A stretch of 64,000 nucleotides of DNA from Octopus sinensis (Eukaryota): assembly GCF_006345805.1 (NCBI RefSeq), contig NC_043020.1:19778001-19842000 (forward strand), written 5' to 3'. Under the pieces are notes generated by a model. It did not search any database, was not told the origin of the DNA, and saw only the letters and a program-made list of their open reading frames with translations. Positions 25,350-38,015 of the stretch are shown here, piece by piece; the first letter of the stretch is position 1; every line of letters begins with the position of its first letter. Both the position numbers and the translations under genes were made by a program.

Positions 25350-25439
25350 CTCCCTGCTTCCATCTCCTGAGCGCCTATTAATAATAATACTGTAATTGTT
25401 CATGTTGTTGTTGTTTTTTTGTTCCTTTTGGATTAAATA

Positions 25440-25690
25440 TTATATATATGATATATATATATATATATTGCATATATAATATATATATAATATATATATA
25501 ATATATATATATGCATATATATATATGTATATATTATATATATATATATATATAATATATATAATATATTATATATAATGCATATATATATATGTTATAT
25601 ATATGTATATATATTATATGTTGTTGGATATATATAGATATATATATTAATATATTATATATATGTGTATGTAGTATGTATGTATGTATG
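25440..25690. repeat. (AT)n-rich microsatellite
   Basis: Directly visible. Confidence 0.95.
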
Positions 25691-26304
25691 TATTTACGTG
25701 TGTGTCTTTGTGTTTGTCCCCACACCATTGCTTGACAACTAATGTTGGTGTGCTTACATCCCTATAACTTAGCGGTTTGGCAAAAGAGACCAATAGGATA
25801 AGTACTAAGCTTACAAAGAATAAGTCCTAGAGTCGATTTCTTCAACTAAAAACCTTTTTGGTGATGCTCCAGTATGGCCATAGTCAAATGACTGAAACAA
25901 GTAAAAGAATAAAAGAATATGAATATACACACACACACACATATATATATGTGTGCGTGTCTTTTCATGTATCTTCCCCTCCCCCACTATTGCTTGACAA
26001 CAAGTGTTGGTTTGTTTTCATCCTCTTAAGTTAGCAGTTCAGCGAAAATGACCAATAAAAAATGTACAAAACTTAAGGTTAAGAACTAGGGTCAAACTGT
26101 TCAATTAAAATGTTTCAAGGCAGTACCCCAGTATGACCACAGTCCAATGACCAAAACAAGTAAAAGTTAAAAGATACTGGCTATCGATATCAACTCCGTC
26201 ACCAACTTCTGTCTCTCAACCCATACTTTGAGAGACAGAAGAAAGACAAAAGTGATCTCAGCAGGATTCGAATTTACAAGGTGCAGCAACATTTCTTTTA
26301 TATA

Positions 26305-26530
26305 TCGAGCTGGCAGAACCGTTAGCGCGCCAGGCGAAATGTTTACCGTTAATTCGTCTGTCGTTACGTTCTGAGTTCAAATTCCGCCGAGGTCGACTTT
26401 GCGTTTCATCCTTTCGGCGTCGATAAATAAAGTACCAGTTTCGCACTGGGGTCGATGTAATCGACTTAATCCCTTCGTCTGTCCTTGTTTGTCCCCTCTA
26501 TGTTTAGCCCCTTTGTGGGCAGTAAAGAAA
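26305..26530 (+). mobile_element. Young short SINE (gttagcgcgcc...gaggtcgactttgc.tttcatcctttcgg.gtcgata)
   Basis: Retains CpGs. Minus-strand copies at about 35400-35590, 39240-39425, 45340-45560 and 50490-50650. Confidence 0.8.
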
Positions 26531-27039
26531 TATATATCTAGCTGTCTTATATTATTAATTATATATTTCTAAACACTGTTCAGTTTGGTTTGTATCATTG
26601 TTTCTTCCCAAATGATAAATATTCACTGTTTTGTTTGATTTATATGGCCTAGTATCCTCCAGTTTCCCATACTAATTTCTATTGTTCTTACTCTGTCTTC
26701 CTCTCTCTCATCATAATTTTTACTTTCATTTTTTTTTCTTTTGTTGATATTGATTGCTATATTTTGAAAACAATATCTGCAAACTCCTCTCTCATCTCAT
26801 TAAACTTTCTTCTTTTTTTATCTCCATTATTAATATTTCCAGGTTATTAACAATAAGCTGTCTGACTCTCTCTCCCCGCTCTCTCTCTTTATCATATGCA
26901 CAATCTTAATTCCCACCACCACTACCCACTGCTCCTTTTTAATATCTTACAAAATCTCCCTTCCTCCCTTTTATTGAAAACTATTTTATTAATTTATTGT
27001 TTTCCATACTTTAATATTTGAAGATGGCTTTTTGTATAC

Positions 27040-27101
27040 TGAAGTTGAAGAACCAATGTAACCACGATATTCTATACATTTGATGAATTAGCCTTCGATA
27101 T
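27040..27101 (-). CDS. Candidate coding exon (xYRRLIHQMYRISWLHWFFNF); may instead run to a stop at 27011
   Basis: Acceptor ttttacaagctaatacag; phase 2 start matches the end of the 29646-29755 exon. Confidence 0.35.
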
Positions 27102-27169
27102 CTGTATTAGCTTGTAAAATGTAAATAGTACTCCGTAATTTATATCATATACATTAGTGCAGACATATA

Positions 27170-27585
27170 TGAGGTGGTATCAAAGGATTCCTGGACTAGT
27201 TGTTTGAAAAAAAATATATAATTTAACATCATCCTCTTTGAAATAGTCACCATGCACTACAATACACTGATCCCAGTGTTCTTGCCACTTTTCAAATCCA
27301 GCCTGGAAGTCGTTTTCTGTAAGCAAGCCAAGGAACTTCTGTGATTTGCTCTGAATCTCATCAATGGTGTTAAAATGATGACCTTTGAGCTGTATTTTCA
27401 TCTTGGGGAAGAGATGGAAATCTGCAGGTGCTAAATCTGATGAATAGCATGGGTGCAGAAGTAATACCACATTGTTTTGGAAATTCATGAGTGAGGAGAG
27501 CTCGGTGAAGAATCCAGTTTATTGCGCTCCACAGGTTCACTTGCTTTTACTGAATGTTCTCCCTCAATCGCTTCAAAACAATTGA
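27170..27585 (-). mobile_element. Mariner 3' fragment with one TIR (same family as 37148-38015)
   Basis: YSSDLAPADFHLFPKMK...GDYFKED; TIR tgaggtggtatcaaaggattcctggactagtt. Confidence 0.9.
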
Positions 27586-27829
27586 CTGTTTGGCCCTGGG
27601 GGCATCTGCTGTAGTCCCTGTAGCCTCCCACTGGGAATATGCTTCCACCCGTGGTGTAGGGGTGTGACCCTAATATCAAGAGTATTTTAGTTAACACCCA
27701 TAGCCCATAAGCAGAGGTAGGATGCTCAATGCAGGGACAACAGCAGATGCCCAGTGGGAGGCCAATGTGAAACCAAGGGGGTTGTTAACAAAGCTTAGGT
27801 GGTATCTGACCCTGATAGAAGCAGCAGCT

Positions 27830-28045
27830 TTCCCAACTACTACTACAGTAGCAGGAATGGCAACAGCAGCAACTCTAACAGAAATAGCAGCAACATCACT
27901 GATCATGATAATGCTAATAATGATAACAACAACAACAACAACAGCCACCACCAATATAGCGTTGATAACAGCTCCAACAGCAACGATGATGGCTGTAACC
28001 ACCAACAGCACCAAAACCACCACCACCACCACCAGCAGAAGCAGC
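27830..28045. repeat. Compound CAA/CAC/CAG trinucleotide low-complexity tract
   Basis: Directly visible. Confidence 0.9.
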
Positions 28046-28049
28046 AGTA

Positions 28050-28560
28050 TATGAGATACATTGGATATTCCAGAAACACCTTCCCAACCACAGATCTTCA
28101 TTTAGGATCCCAGACAGATCATATGCTACACCCCTTGCTAGCCATGTGTGGCACCTGAAGGATGAATTGACTCCACACATAATCTTATGGAACATCCAAG
28201 AAAAATCAGGCCCCCACATCAACGGAAGCAAGCATAACATGCTGTGCATAGCTGAAATGGATGAGAATATTAAAGAATTCCCTCGACCCAGGGAACATCT
28301 TAAATTCCAGGACAGATGTCTTCGGATCCTTCTTACACTTCAGGAGATTCCTACTAAAATCCTGGGGCCCACAAGCCAACCAGGTCAATTTCAGATAGCA
28401 GTCTAAGGAAGACAATCCCTTGTGCTAAACCATTCTCTTTGTCCATGTGTTCAACAAGTAGCTATGAGGTCTTTTCTCCCTCCACTTTCAAGAGAGGTTA
28501 TAGACTACCGGCCATTAGGGTCTGAAGAGATGCTGTAAAGACGCTGTAAAGCGAAGCACT
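28050..28560 (+). mobile_element. Relic of a second Penelope-like lineage (GIY-YIG C-terminus)
   Basis: RYIGYSRNTF...SHVWHLKDELTPHIILWNIQEKSGPHINGSKHNMLCIAE resembles the PLE endonuclease tail (S.HIW.LK...W.I...C.LC..E). Degenerate CTGAAGA...GCGAA at 28522-28555. Confidence 0.5.
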
Positions 28561-28679
28561 TCATGGACATGAAACCTTGGGTAACTCCATAGACTGGCCA
28601 TAACTATCTTTATCTAAATACTATACTACTGTATAACTTAGTGTGCTTCTCTTTCAAATTTATGATTTATTGACTATCA

Positions 28680-29385
28680 TCATCATCATCATCGTTTAAT
28701 GTCTGTTTTCCATGCTGGCATGGGTTGGACAGTTCAACCAGGGTCTGGGAAGCCAGGAGGCTGTACCAGGCTCCCGTCTGATCTGGCAGTGTTTCTACAG
28801 TTGGATGCCCTTCCTAATGCCAACCACTCCGTGAGTGTAGTGAGTGCTTTTTACGTGCCACTGGCACAGGGGCCAGGGGAGGCTGGCAATGGCCACGATC
28901 GGTTAGAGCTTTTTATGTGTCACTGACACAGAAGCCAAATCAAAGCAGCACTGGCATCGGCCACATTCGGATGGTTCTTTTTACATGCCACTGGCACGGG
29001 TATCACAACTACAATTTCCACTTGATTTTTATTTTGATGTTGATATATTTGACTCAATAGGTCTCTTCAAGCACAGCAGGTTGCTCTACAATCCAGGGTA
29101 AGCACAGCAGGTCGTTCTGCAATCCAAGGTACTTTGGATGGGCTGGGGCAGCTATGTGAAGCTGGTGCAGGAAACAGCCATGAACGCACGTTAACTGTCG
29201 AGTCTTCGCAGTCACAGCATATTACCTCAGTTCTTTGGCCCTCATGCTGCTGGACATTGGCAAACTTCTTTTCCGCTTCACCCTTGGCTATGTATACCTG
29301 CCGCCCAGCCTCCCTTTTGGCTACCTGGTACAGTTCCTTGCTACCCCCATCCTTCCAGGCTTTCCAGGCCTGTTTCTTTGTCATC
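28680..29385 (-). mobile_element. Internally deleted RTE derivative (pre-RT segment fused to the 3' UTR)
   Basis: KKQAWKAWKDGGSKELYQVAKREAGRQVYIAKGEAEKKFANV joined directly to the UTR and (GAT)n tail. Confidence 0.75.
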
Positions 29386-29645
29386 TTTTTTTCTTATTAC
29401 TGCTCTGCACTCGAATAACACTTCATTCAGAAAAAATGTATACTGAGTTCTACACTAAACTATTAATATCGCAATGCCTAAGCAAAATATATATAAACAT
29501 ACATACACACATATAGATAGGTAGATAGATACATAGGCAAATATACAAATACACATGCACACGCATATGACCATATATGTACATCAAATTTTTGAAACAA
29601 AAGTAAATAAAGAAAATAAAAACAAAATAAACATCTTTTCCTTAC

Positions 29646-29755
29646 TGTTTGAAAGCAGACTCATTTAATGTTGCCTGATAAAACATCTGCCGAGCCATCT
29701 GTATGCTAAGATGCAATTTCCTTACCCTCACCGCTGAATCTTGAGTTTTGGTGAG
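29646..29755 (-). CDS. Candidate coding exon (LTKTQDSAVRVRKLHLSIQMARQMFYQATLNESAFK), unidentified
   Basis: tttttatcattgtag acceptor, GTAAGG donor, 110 nt open (phase 0 to 2). An alternative internal AGG|GTAAGG donor lies after 30 nt. Confidence 0.55.
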
Positions 29756-29808
29756 CTACAATGATAAAAATTATATATATACGGAAACTGAAAGAAGCCT
29801 GTTGTGTG

Positions 29809-29869
<61 letters not shown>

Positions 29870-30114
29870 CCTTGTCTGTGTTTGTTCCCCACCACTACTG
29901 GACAACTGGTGCTGGTGTGTTTAGATTCCCATAACTTACCAGTTTGGCAAAAGAGACCAATAGAATAACTATCAGGTTTTAAAAAATAAGTACTGAGATC
30001 AATTCCTTTAACTAAAATTTCTTCAAGGTAGTGACAGGGAACATGGCTGCAGTCTAATGACTGAAACAGGTAAAAGATAAAAAAAAAAAGGTAATATGTA
30101 TATATATACACATA

Positions 30115-31412
30115 AAGGGTGCGATGGGTAAATTGTCACTATTTCATATTTTCATGCATGTGCATTGTTTGTTTTTGAATTTGTTAACTACAAATATAGT
30201 AGGGCCAGTTGGGCACTGTCTGTGAGAAAAACAGCACCATGACGCAATTCACTCAGCCAGAAAGTTGGAAATGGCATGCTGTACTGCTTGGCATTCGCAC
30301 CAGAAGCTCCAATACAAACATTTCAGAGTGTTTGGGTGTCAATCTGAGGACAGTGCAGAGGATTTGGAAAGAGTTGGATGAGTCTATTTGATGGTGATTA
30401 TGAAGGTATGGCAGCTCGGAAGACTCACTCTGATCGTTCTGATAAGAAAAGAACTCCTGAATTTGTCAGTGAGATCCAGGCTATGACTGACAACAATCCT
30501 TCCAAGTCAATCAGGTCCATCACCAGGGACATGGAAGTGTCTGGGTTTCTTATCAGGCAGGTAGTGCATGAAGACATTCAGTATTCCTCATACAAGATGA
30601 GAAAGGACTAATTTTTATCCCAAGCCATCAAAAACAAGAGGAAAGACCATGCTATGAAGCTTTTGAACAAACTCAAGCATCCCCTCCAACCAAACATATT
30701 TTGGTTTTTCTCAGACAAGAAAAATTTCTGCAAGGATCAGATGATGAACACGCAAAACAACCATTGGCTTGCTGTGTCCCCAAAACATGTACCAACAGTG
30801 ATAAAAATCAAACATGCAGTCAACATCATGGTGTTTCGAGTGATCACTAGTGATGGCGATGTTGTGCCTCCATTCATCTTCCCACACGGCCTCAGACTCA
30901 ACATGGGGGCCTATATCAAGTGCCTGGAGGAGGTAATGCTGCCCTGGGTCAGGAGGGTAGCTGCTGGAAGACCCTATGTCTAGGAATAGGATTCTGCACC
31001 ATGCCACACAAGCAGGAGAACAGTTATGGCTGTCAGGCAATTTCTGTGACCATGTGACCCCTAACATCTGGTGACTTAACTAACCAAATTGCAACCCTCT
31101 TGATTATTGTGTGAGTTGCAGTTGAGCAAGAGACCAACAAAACTCCTTGTAATACCAAAGATGAACTAAAGGCAAGGATTATGACAGCATTCACCAACTT
31201 AAACAAGGAGACAATCCAGAAGAATCGCAGATGATTCCAAAGTTGTCTGAAGGCTGTGGCTGAAGCCAATGGCAATTTTATTAAATAAATTTACTTTTTA
31301 GTATTTCAAGATATTTTTTATGTAATTTTGGCAAATAAATCTGTTAAAATGAGATGTCAGTGTTATTTTGATTCCTGCATAATTTAGACGACAATATATT
31401 TACCACACCCTA
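30115..31412 (+). mobile_element. Defective maT (DD37D, Bmmar1-like) transposon
   Basis: Termini ta|AAGGGTG...CACCCTA|ta. FFSD(K)KNF, DSAPCH (D at 30990) and NPLDY (D at 31102); spacing of 112 nt is 2 nt short of the 114 expected for D37D. Confidence 0.9.
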
Positions 31413-33519
31413 TATATATGTTTTATCTTTTACTTGTTTCAGTCATTGGAATGCTGTCATGCTAGGGCACCACCTTGAAGGGATTTGTTGAACAAATTGA
31501 GCCCAGTACTTGGATCAGTCTTTTTTGCTGAACTGCTAAGTTACAGACATAAACAAACTAACACCAACTGTCAAGCAGTGTTGAGCAGATAAACACAAAC
31601 ATACACAAATACACACATTGGGCTTCTTTCCATTTCCACTGACCAAGCTTTGGTTGGCCTAGAGTGAAAGCCACTGCCCAAAGTGCCACACAGTAGGACT
31701 GGTCCTGAAATCATGTGGTTGTGAGGCAAACTTCTTACAATACAGCTACACCTCTGTGTGTGTGTGTGTGGGTGTGTGTACTTACACACAGGGAAAGAGA
31801 AAGAGATTTACTGGTTAATTGCAACACCAGTACCTGTTCTGGGACTGTTTTTCTCTATATCATTGGTGAGAAGATGAGTCACTCCTATCTCTAGTGGTTG
31901 AGCGTCCATCATTGGTGAGACCAAGCGGTTGAGCTTTCAACATTGGTGTGAACAAGAAAGGTTGAAATCATGTGATCTGGCGATCTCAGTGCTGGGGGTG
32001 ACAGGGATTTTTCTCCCTGCTAGTAATATCAACAAGAGTGCATTTTTCACCAAAAGCCAATATGAGAGTTTCTCTCATGGTATCTACTGCAGTATACTTT
32101 GTTCTAACAGAACATCCTCAGACTATTTAGGATTATGAATTCAAAATTAAAAATCTAAGTGGTAAGATGCTTTATGAAAAACAATGAGTTCAACAAAATA
32201 TTGTTTCCCCTGAGTGTGAAGCAGTATTTTGTTGAATTCATTTCTACGGATAAAACTTTATGTATATGTAGTTACCAAACATAATTCATGCTTGCCCCTA
32301 TATACATTCCTATGTCTGTCTGCTTGCTCCCGCTATCAGATTGACACTGTCTGTACAGATGCATGACGTGCCAAATGTCAGATGTTGAAATGATCTCAGA
32401 GCAACATAAAATGAAGTGTTTTGCTCAAGAATTCAATGTATCACCAAGACTTGGAATCAAAATCCCATTTCATATATACATATCACACAAACAGACAGAC
32501 ATCTAAACATAACAAAGCCTCATGGTGAGTTAATTAAGAATGCAAATACATTCTTTCTATGCTAATGATGTGCAGGAAAAAGAGAGGAGTCTCCTGACAG
32601 ACTGGTCCAAAGTTTGTTGACCACTCTTCAGAGAAGACATATCCAGCTTCCTTCCCTAGCATTGATCAACCACTATAGAAAGAAGTCATGAATTACAGTA
32701 TCACAATAGTAAATAGTCTAATTTTCATAATTGTGCTTTTGGTAACAATATCTACTTCATGCACAACACAGAATTAATCAGAAGAACTGAAATGAATCTA
32801 AACATTCGTGTGGGAGTTTAGCAGTGTGGTTATTTCATTCTACTAAATTATTAAATTTTAACTGCAAAAGTTTCGACATTGCACATTTATTTGTCTCTTG
32901 GCACAGGAATGGCTACTGGTTAAGAAGCTCATTTTGCAAGCGTATGATTTCAGGTCCAATCCCACTATGTGGCACTTTAGGTGATTGTATTCTACTATAG
33001 CCCCTGGCAAACTAATGGCTTGGGAGTATATTTGGTAGATGGAAATTGTCTGGAAGCCTATCAAATACACACACACACACATATGCCATGGGTATGATTC
33101 ATGGGTATGGTTCAGGAGTTCCAGGGTTTTGAGGTGTGTGGAACCATCTCTTGGCCGCTATTGTTCCCAGGTCTAGTCTGACCCAGAGTAGTAACACTTG
33201 TCAGGGTCCCAGCTATGAGTTAACCAGCATTTGTAATGACAACGATCCATCTGAGTATGGAAATACATTTGGTTGGTATCGTGTCAGGGCATGAAATAAA
33301 ACCACCAGGAATTTGGGACCCTAAGCTGTTGTCACGGTATCCTTCTTGGAGAGGGACACTCAGATATAAAACCTGTGGTTTCTTGTGATTACTGGCCATC
33401 TCACATCACTCTGTCACTTGATACTAATCATGAAATCTCAGAAAGTGTTTATCACTATAATCCAATGACATACAGATGATCATGATGATGATGATGAGTC
33501 TCTTTATGGTGGCCTCATT

Positions 33520-33900
33520 TGTCATTCCAGCTACTGAAAGTCCCATAACAATGGAAGAGTGGCAATGTATACAGATCTAACCAGGTGGAAGCACACTTTT
33601 ACAAATATGCACATAGGTGACAGGAAACTTACCCTAGCATCACTGTTGTGTCTTCTTATGACAGGGATCAAGTCTAGTGGAGATGATTGTGACTGAGCAA
33701 AGGAAAGTGCACGAGACTTTGCTTATCAATCCAGCAGAAGTTACAACTTCCATTTGTCACCCTTGCTTTAAACTATGCAGATCTGCAGTAGGACTGAACA
33801 GACATCTGACAGGCCATGGATGGAAAGTCAGAAATGCCATTAACAACAAGGAAGCATAAAGAGACAGCAATCGTCAGTAAAGATGGAGCAATCATCACAC
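33520..33900 (+). mobile_element. RTE (BovB-like) C-terminal relic
   Basis: ICHPCFKLCRSAVGLNRHLTGH matches the RTE C-terminal CxxCxxxCxSxIGLxxH motif. Confidence 0.55.
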
Positions 33901-35662
33901 ATGCATACACACATCTATATGTAAATCTTTGTGTCTGTGTTTACCACTCTCAACCAATCACTTGACAACTGGCGTTTATTTACATCCTTGTAACTTAGCA
34001 GTTCAGCAAAACAAACTGGTACAAGAAGAGCCAATTTGTTAGACTAAAACAAGTAAAAGATTAAAAAACAAAAGCAAGATTACAAAGCCTCACTATGCAT
34101 TAAATAAAAATGTAAATATATTTTTTCCTATGCTATTGATGTGTGGGGTAATAAAAAAAAGAAAGGAAGTTTTCTTATAAATTATTTCATGGTTTGTTGA
34201 CCTCAAGAATGATGCACCTGGCTTCCTTTCATCAACAAGTGAACAGAAAGACACCAATGAGGGTCACAACAAGCAGAAACTTAAGTTTTGAACATATTAC
34301 ACACAGCCACCCAACCTATTACTATTGCTGTTCTTAGAAACTTTATTTTCCATGGTAAAAAGAAGTAAATTTAAGAGAAACAATAACTCTTAAGTAAAAT
34401 TAGAAGTTTTGATGAGAACCTGGATTCGCTAAGACCACTGGAAACCTATAACATATTAAGTACACAAAAATTGATGAAGAGTGGTCCTGTGTTCCAAAAG
34501 GTTTGCTTTCTAACACCATGGTTCTGGCACCTTGGGCAAGTGTCTTTCACTGCATGGCTCTTTCAACTAAGTAACTTCTATTATAACCCCAGGCTGACCT
34601 AAGCCTTACAAGTGGATTTGGTGGATGGAAACTGAAAGAAGCTTATTGTATGCATGTATATCTATGTGTGTGTATGTGTCTTTATGTTTGTGCTTGTCCC
34701 TCACCGTAAGTTGACAACTGGTGTTGGTTTATTTCACTATAACGTAGCAGTTTGGCAAATAGAGACCAATAAAATAAGTTCTAAACTTTAAAAAAATACA
34801 AAAACTAAGTACTGGTGTTGATTTGTACAACTAAACACTTCTAGGTGGTGCTCCAGCATAGCCACAGTCCAATGACTGAAACAAGTACAAAATTACATTA
34901 AAATAAAAAAACAAAAACACATAAACCTCTGTGGACAATATAAAAATAACTGGGAAATTCAGAATCCTGGATCATACTGGATCAACGCCCAAGTCATACA
35001 TAGGTAAGATCAGTGTGAAGACTTTAAGTAAAGCAACTGGTAAGATTAAGCAGCAAACTTACCTTATCCAGCAGGTGAGTACATTAGAGATAATTGGGTG
35101 ATTCAGAAACATGGGGAATAAAACTTGAAATAGCTTATCCAGTTCAGCATAGATAATTACTATGACTCAATCATACTCTCACTACCAAAGAAAGCCATTA
35201 GTTATGCTAAAACAATCACCTACATACTAGATGCTAGAAAGGCTGTTGTTAACTTTGATAAATTCCTCACTGCAGAAGGATGAAAGGGAAACATTGAACA
35301 TGATGGACTCTGAACTCAGAATGTAAATAGAAAGAACTAAGTACCACAAGACATTTTATTTGATGCTTGACCAAGTCTACCAATCTCAACCCACAATGGT
35401 AATAATAACCCTTTCAACTATAGGCACAAGGCCTGAAATTTTGTGGGAGGGGACTAGTCGATTACATCGACTCCAGTACTGAAGTGGTACCTAATTTATT
35501 GACCCCAAAAGGATGAAAGGCAAAGTCAACTTCAGTGGAATTTGAACTCAGCATTTTGCCCAGTGTGCTACACTAACTTTTTTTCCGGCTCGCCACAATA
35601 ACAAAAGCAAAATGATAAAAATGAAGACTGAGTTTGAAAAGGCCTAAATAAAATAATAATAC

Positions 35663-35728
35663 CTCCTTAAAATATTGCTGGAGAATTTCAGGTTCATTAC
35701 AGATACTGGGCTTCTTTGTCCAATCCGC
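35663..35728 (-). CDS. Candidate coding exon (ADWTKKPSICNEPEILQQYFKE), unidentified
   Basis: Strong acceptor ttttatactttgttttacattgacag, GAG|GTATTA donor, 66 nt, phase 0 to 0. Confidence 0.6.
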
Positions 35729-36047
35729 CTGTCAATGTAAAACAAAGTATAAAATTAAGGAAACAGAGATATATTTGGGGAATCCTCTACTTTATAACCC
35801 AAAGAAATGGTTGTTCAAATATAATCTCATGCAGCTCCCCTGTGTGCAAAAGCAACTTTAGTAGCATGAAACTTATCAAGCTAGAAACAAGATCTAGACT
35901 ATTTTTGTCTGGTGGATCCCCATAGCCATTCAATACTTAAAAACTAATTTTATAGTTGCTACTTTCAAAATTCACTCATTCACTTGTATAGGTTGAACTA
36001 TGTAAATATCAGAGAAAGAAACCTAGCTATTTCTGTCATACATTTAA

Positions 36048-36266
36048 CCCTTTAGTGTTCTGATTATTCAATCAAACATAATGCCTATTGATTCCCATTG
36101 ATTTGAATTAATCATACATTATCTCATATCTTCAAGATCTTGATGGTGTAATTACTTAATGGAGAATAACATTGTAGGGTAGGTGTGAGAGCCTGGATCT
36201 GGTCAGTTTGAACATAAAACAGATTAAATATTTTGGCCGGATATGGCCGGTTTAAATACTAAAGGG
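36048..36266. mobile_element. TTAA MITE (piggyBac-type)
   Basis: TTAA|CCCTTTAG...CTAAAGGG|TTAA. Confidence 0.85.
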
Positions 36267-36271
36267 TTAAA

Positions 36272-36691
36272 CCAGGAGTGGGCAAAAATTTCCAAAGAAA
36301 AAGGTTTGTGGGTGGAGATGGATATGAATTATTTTTACACAGTATCTTCCGCTTTCATTTCATATAAAAATTATTTCGATACATGCAATATATTTTTAAT
36401 TTTCTCAGTTGGAGTGTAGTTGGATCTCAAGTGGGTGGTACAAACCTAGCAATGTGTTTTATAGTGGAAACAAAATTTCCATTCAAATGGCAATTACCGG
36501 ACAATATCTGTTCAAGTCTGACTCGTAATAGAAATGTGAGCTATGTCGCAAATAGGCACACGGGTATTGTATAAATTTCGTAATTGAAAAACTTACTATA
36601 TTCGGTAAATACTAGTATATCAGATTGCAGGCGCAATAAAATGAGTTCACAGGTGCAATTGCACCTGCAGGCAGCGTTTTCCCCACCCCTG
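36272..36691. mobile_element. Probable non-autonomous hAT-type element
   Basis: Imperfect TIRs CAGGAGTGGGCAAAA / TTTTCCCCACCCCTG; no clean 8-bp TSD seen. Confidence 0.45.
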
Positions 36692-36746
36692 ATTTAAATA
36701 CAAAGATAAAACATATAAACATAGACAAATTGTTTCTTTTCATTAC

Positions 36747-36812
36747 CGAAAGAGCCTTGAAATATCTTCGATAATGTACATCTGCATTACAGTGTTTTGT
36801 GCTTTTCTTCAT
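36747..36812 (-). CDS. Candidate first coding exon (MKKSTKHCNADVHYRRYFKALS); the exon spans 36747-36829
   Basis: Strong acceptor ttttcttttaaccag, ATG in gccataATG context, TCG|GTAATG donor, phase 0 compatible with 35663-35728. Confidence 0.55.
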
Positions 36813-37147
36813 TATGGCAGCAAAGGTTTCTGGTTAAAAGAAAATTTTTTAATTAAATGGAATATAAAATCAGGATTTGTTTCTCTTCTCTTAACACCAA
36901 ATTATCTCAGATTCAAAAGTAAATGTCTTTTATCTTTTATTCGTGTTAGTTACTGGACTGTGGCCATGTTTGGGCACCATCTTGAAGGGTTTTACTCAAA
37001 TGAATTGACCCAGTACTTAGTTTTATAAGCCTGGTACTTATTCTGTTGGACTCTTTTGCCAAATGATTAAGTTATGGGGACATAAACAAAGCAACCCCAG
37101 TTGTCAAGAGAAGGCAGGAGACAAACACACATACACATACATATGTG

Positions 37148-38015
37148 CAAGGATGCATCAAAAAGTTTCTGGGTTAGTTCTGCAGTGCAACAACAGATGG
37201 CAGCACATGGTTGTGTGTGCAGTGAGAGCTAGCAATGACCTTCATGGAGCAGTGTGCCAAGTGATATCACTGTTTACTTTGCAAGTTATGAAATTTGTGT
37301 TTTTTGATCATGTCTATGCTGTAGTCTGTGATTTTGGCAGAGACAGGAACAAAGAGCCAATGTGAAATTTTGCATTAAACTTGGGAAGTCTGCTAGAGAC
37401 ATTGAACATTCTTGAGTAAGCTTATGGTGATGAGGCAATGGGTCGTAGCAAATGTTTTGAGTGGCACAGGCACTTCAAAAGCTGAAGAAAGTCTTTGGAA
37501 GATGATGTATGATCTGGAAGACCTGCCACGAGTGTCATTTCCAGAAATGTGGTATTGAGCATTGAGAATTCATCTCCCAGAGCCTGCGACATTTTGAAGT
37601 TTTTGAGAGAGGACATTTAGTGAAAGCGACCGGATTTGTGGAGCACAAAAAATTGGATTCTTCAATAAGCTCTCCTCACTTGTGAGTTTCTTGCCAAAAT
37701 CAACATATTGCTTCTGCACCCTCCCTATTCACGGATTTAGCACCTGCAGATTTCCATCTCTTCTCCAAGATGAAAATGCAGCTCAAAGGTTGCCATTTTA
37801 ACACCAATGTCAAGATTCAGAGCGAATTTTAGGTCATCAATTCACTTACAGAAAATGACTTCCAGGCTAGATTCCAAAAGTGCCAAGAATGCTGGGACCA
37901 GTGTATTATTGCTACGCAATGTGACTATTTCAAAGGAGATGATGTTAAAACTTAGGTAAATAAGTTATTTTTTATTAAACATAAACTAGTCCAGGAACCT
38001 TTTGATATCACCTCG
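37148..38015 (+). mobile_element. Internally deleted non-autonomous mariner with both TIRs
   Basis: Right TIR actagtccaggaaccttttgatatcacctcg|ta; left TIR degenerate. DLAPADFHLFSKMKMQLKG; the central catalytic region is missing. Confidence 0.85.

Larger units (their letters stand above)
18735..25437 (+). mobile_element. Penelope-like retroelement (Neptune-like) with direct pLTRs, RT and GIY-YIG endonuclease
   Basis: pLTRs about 18735-19198 and 24980-25437. ORF from ATG 19516 to about 22330: KPADKGGAVVVW, YFLPKIHK..PGRPIVS, GVAMGTRMGP, RYIDD (21288), FLDI, CSRSRCNTC linker (about 21950), GLIYCIKCNLCGMLYVGQTGR (about 22065). Several frameshifts. Confidence 0.93.

Noticed and set aside
27691-28249. 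Poly-Q/N/T/V ORFs
   Set aside because: Trinucleotide low-complexity tract with no domain signal.
7234-29755. Fleeting similarity of exon peptides to SAMHD1, ALS2/VPS9 or CFAP99 motifs
   Set aside because: Matches are 3-5 residues, mutually inconsistent and, for CFAP99, out of order; no gene symbol assigned.
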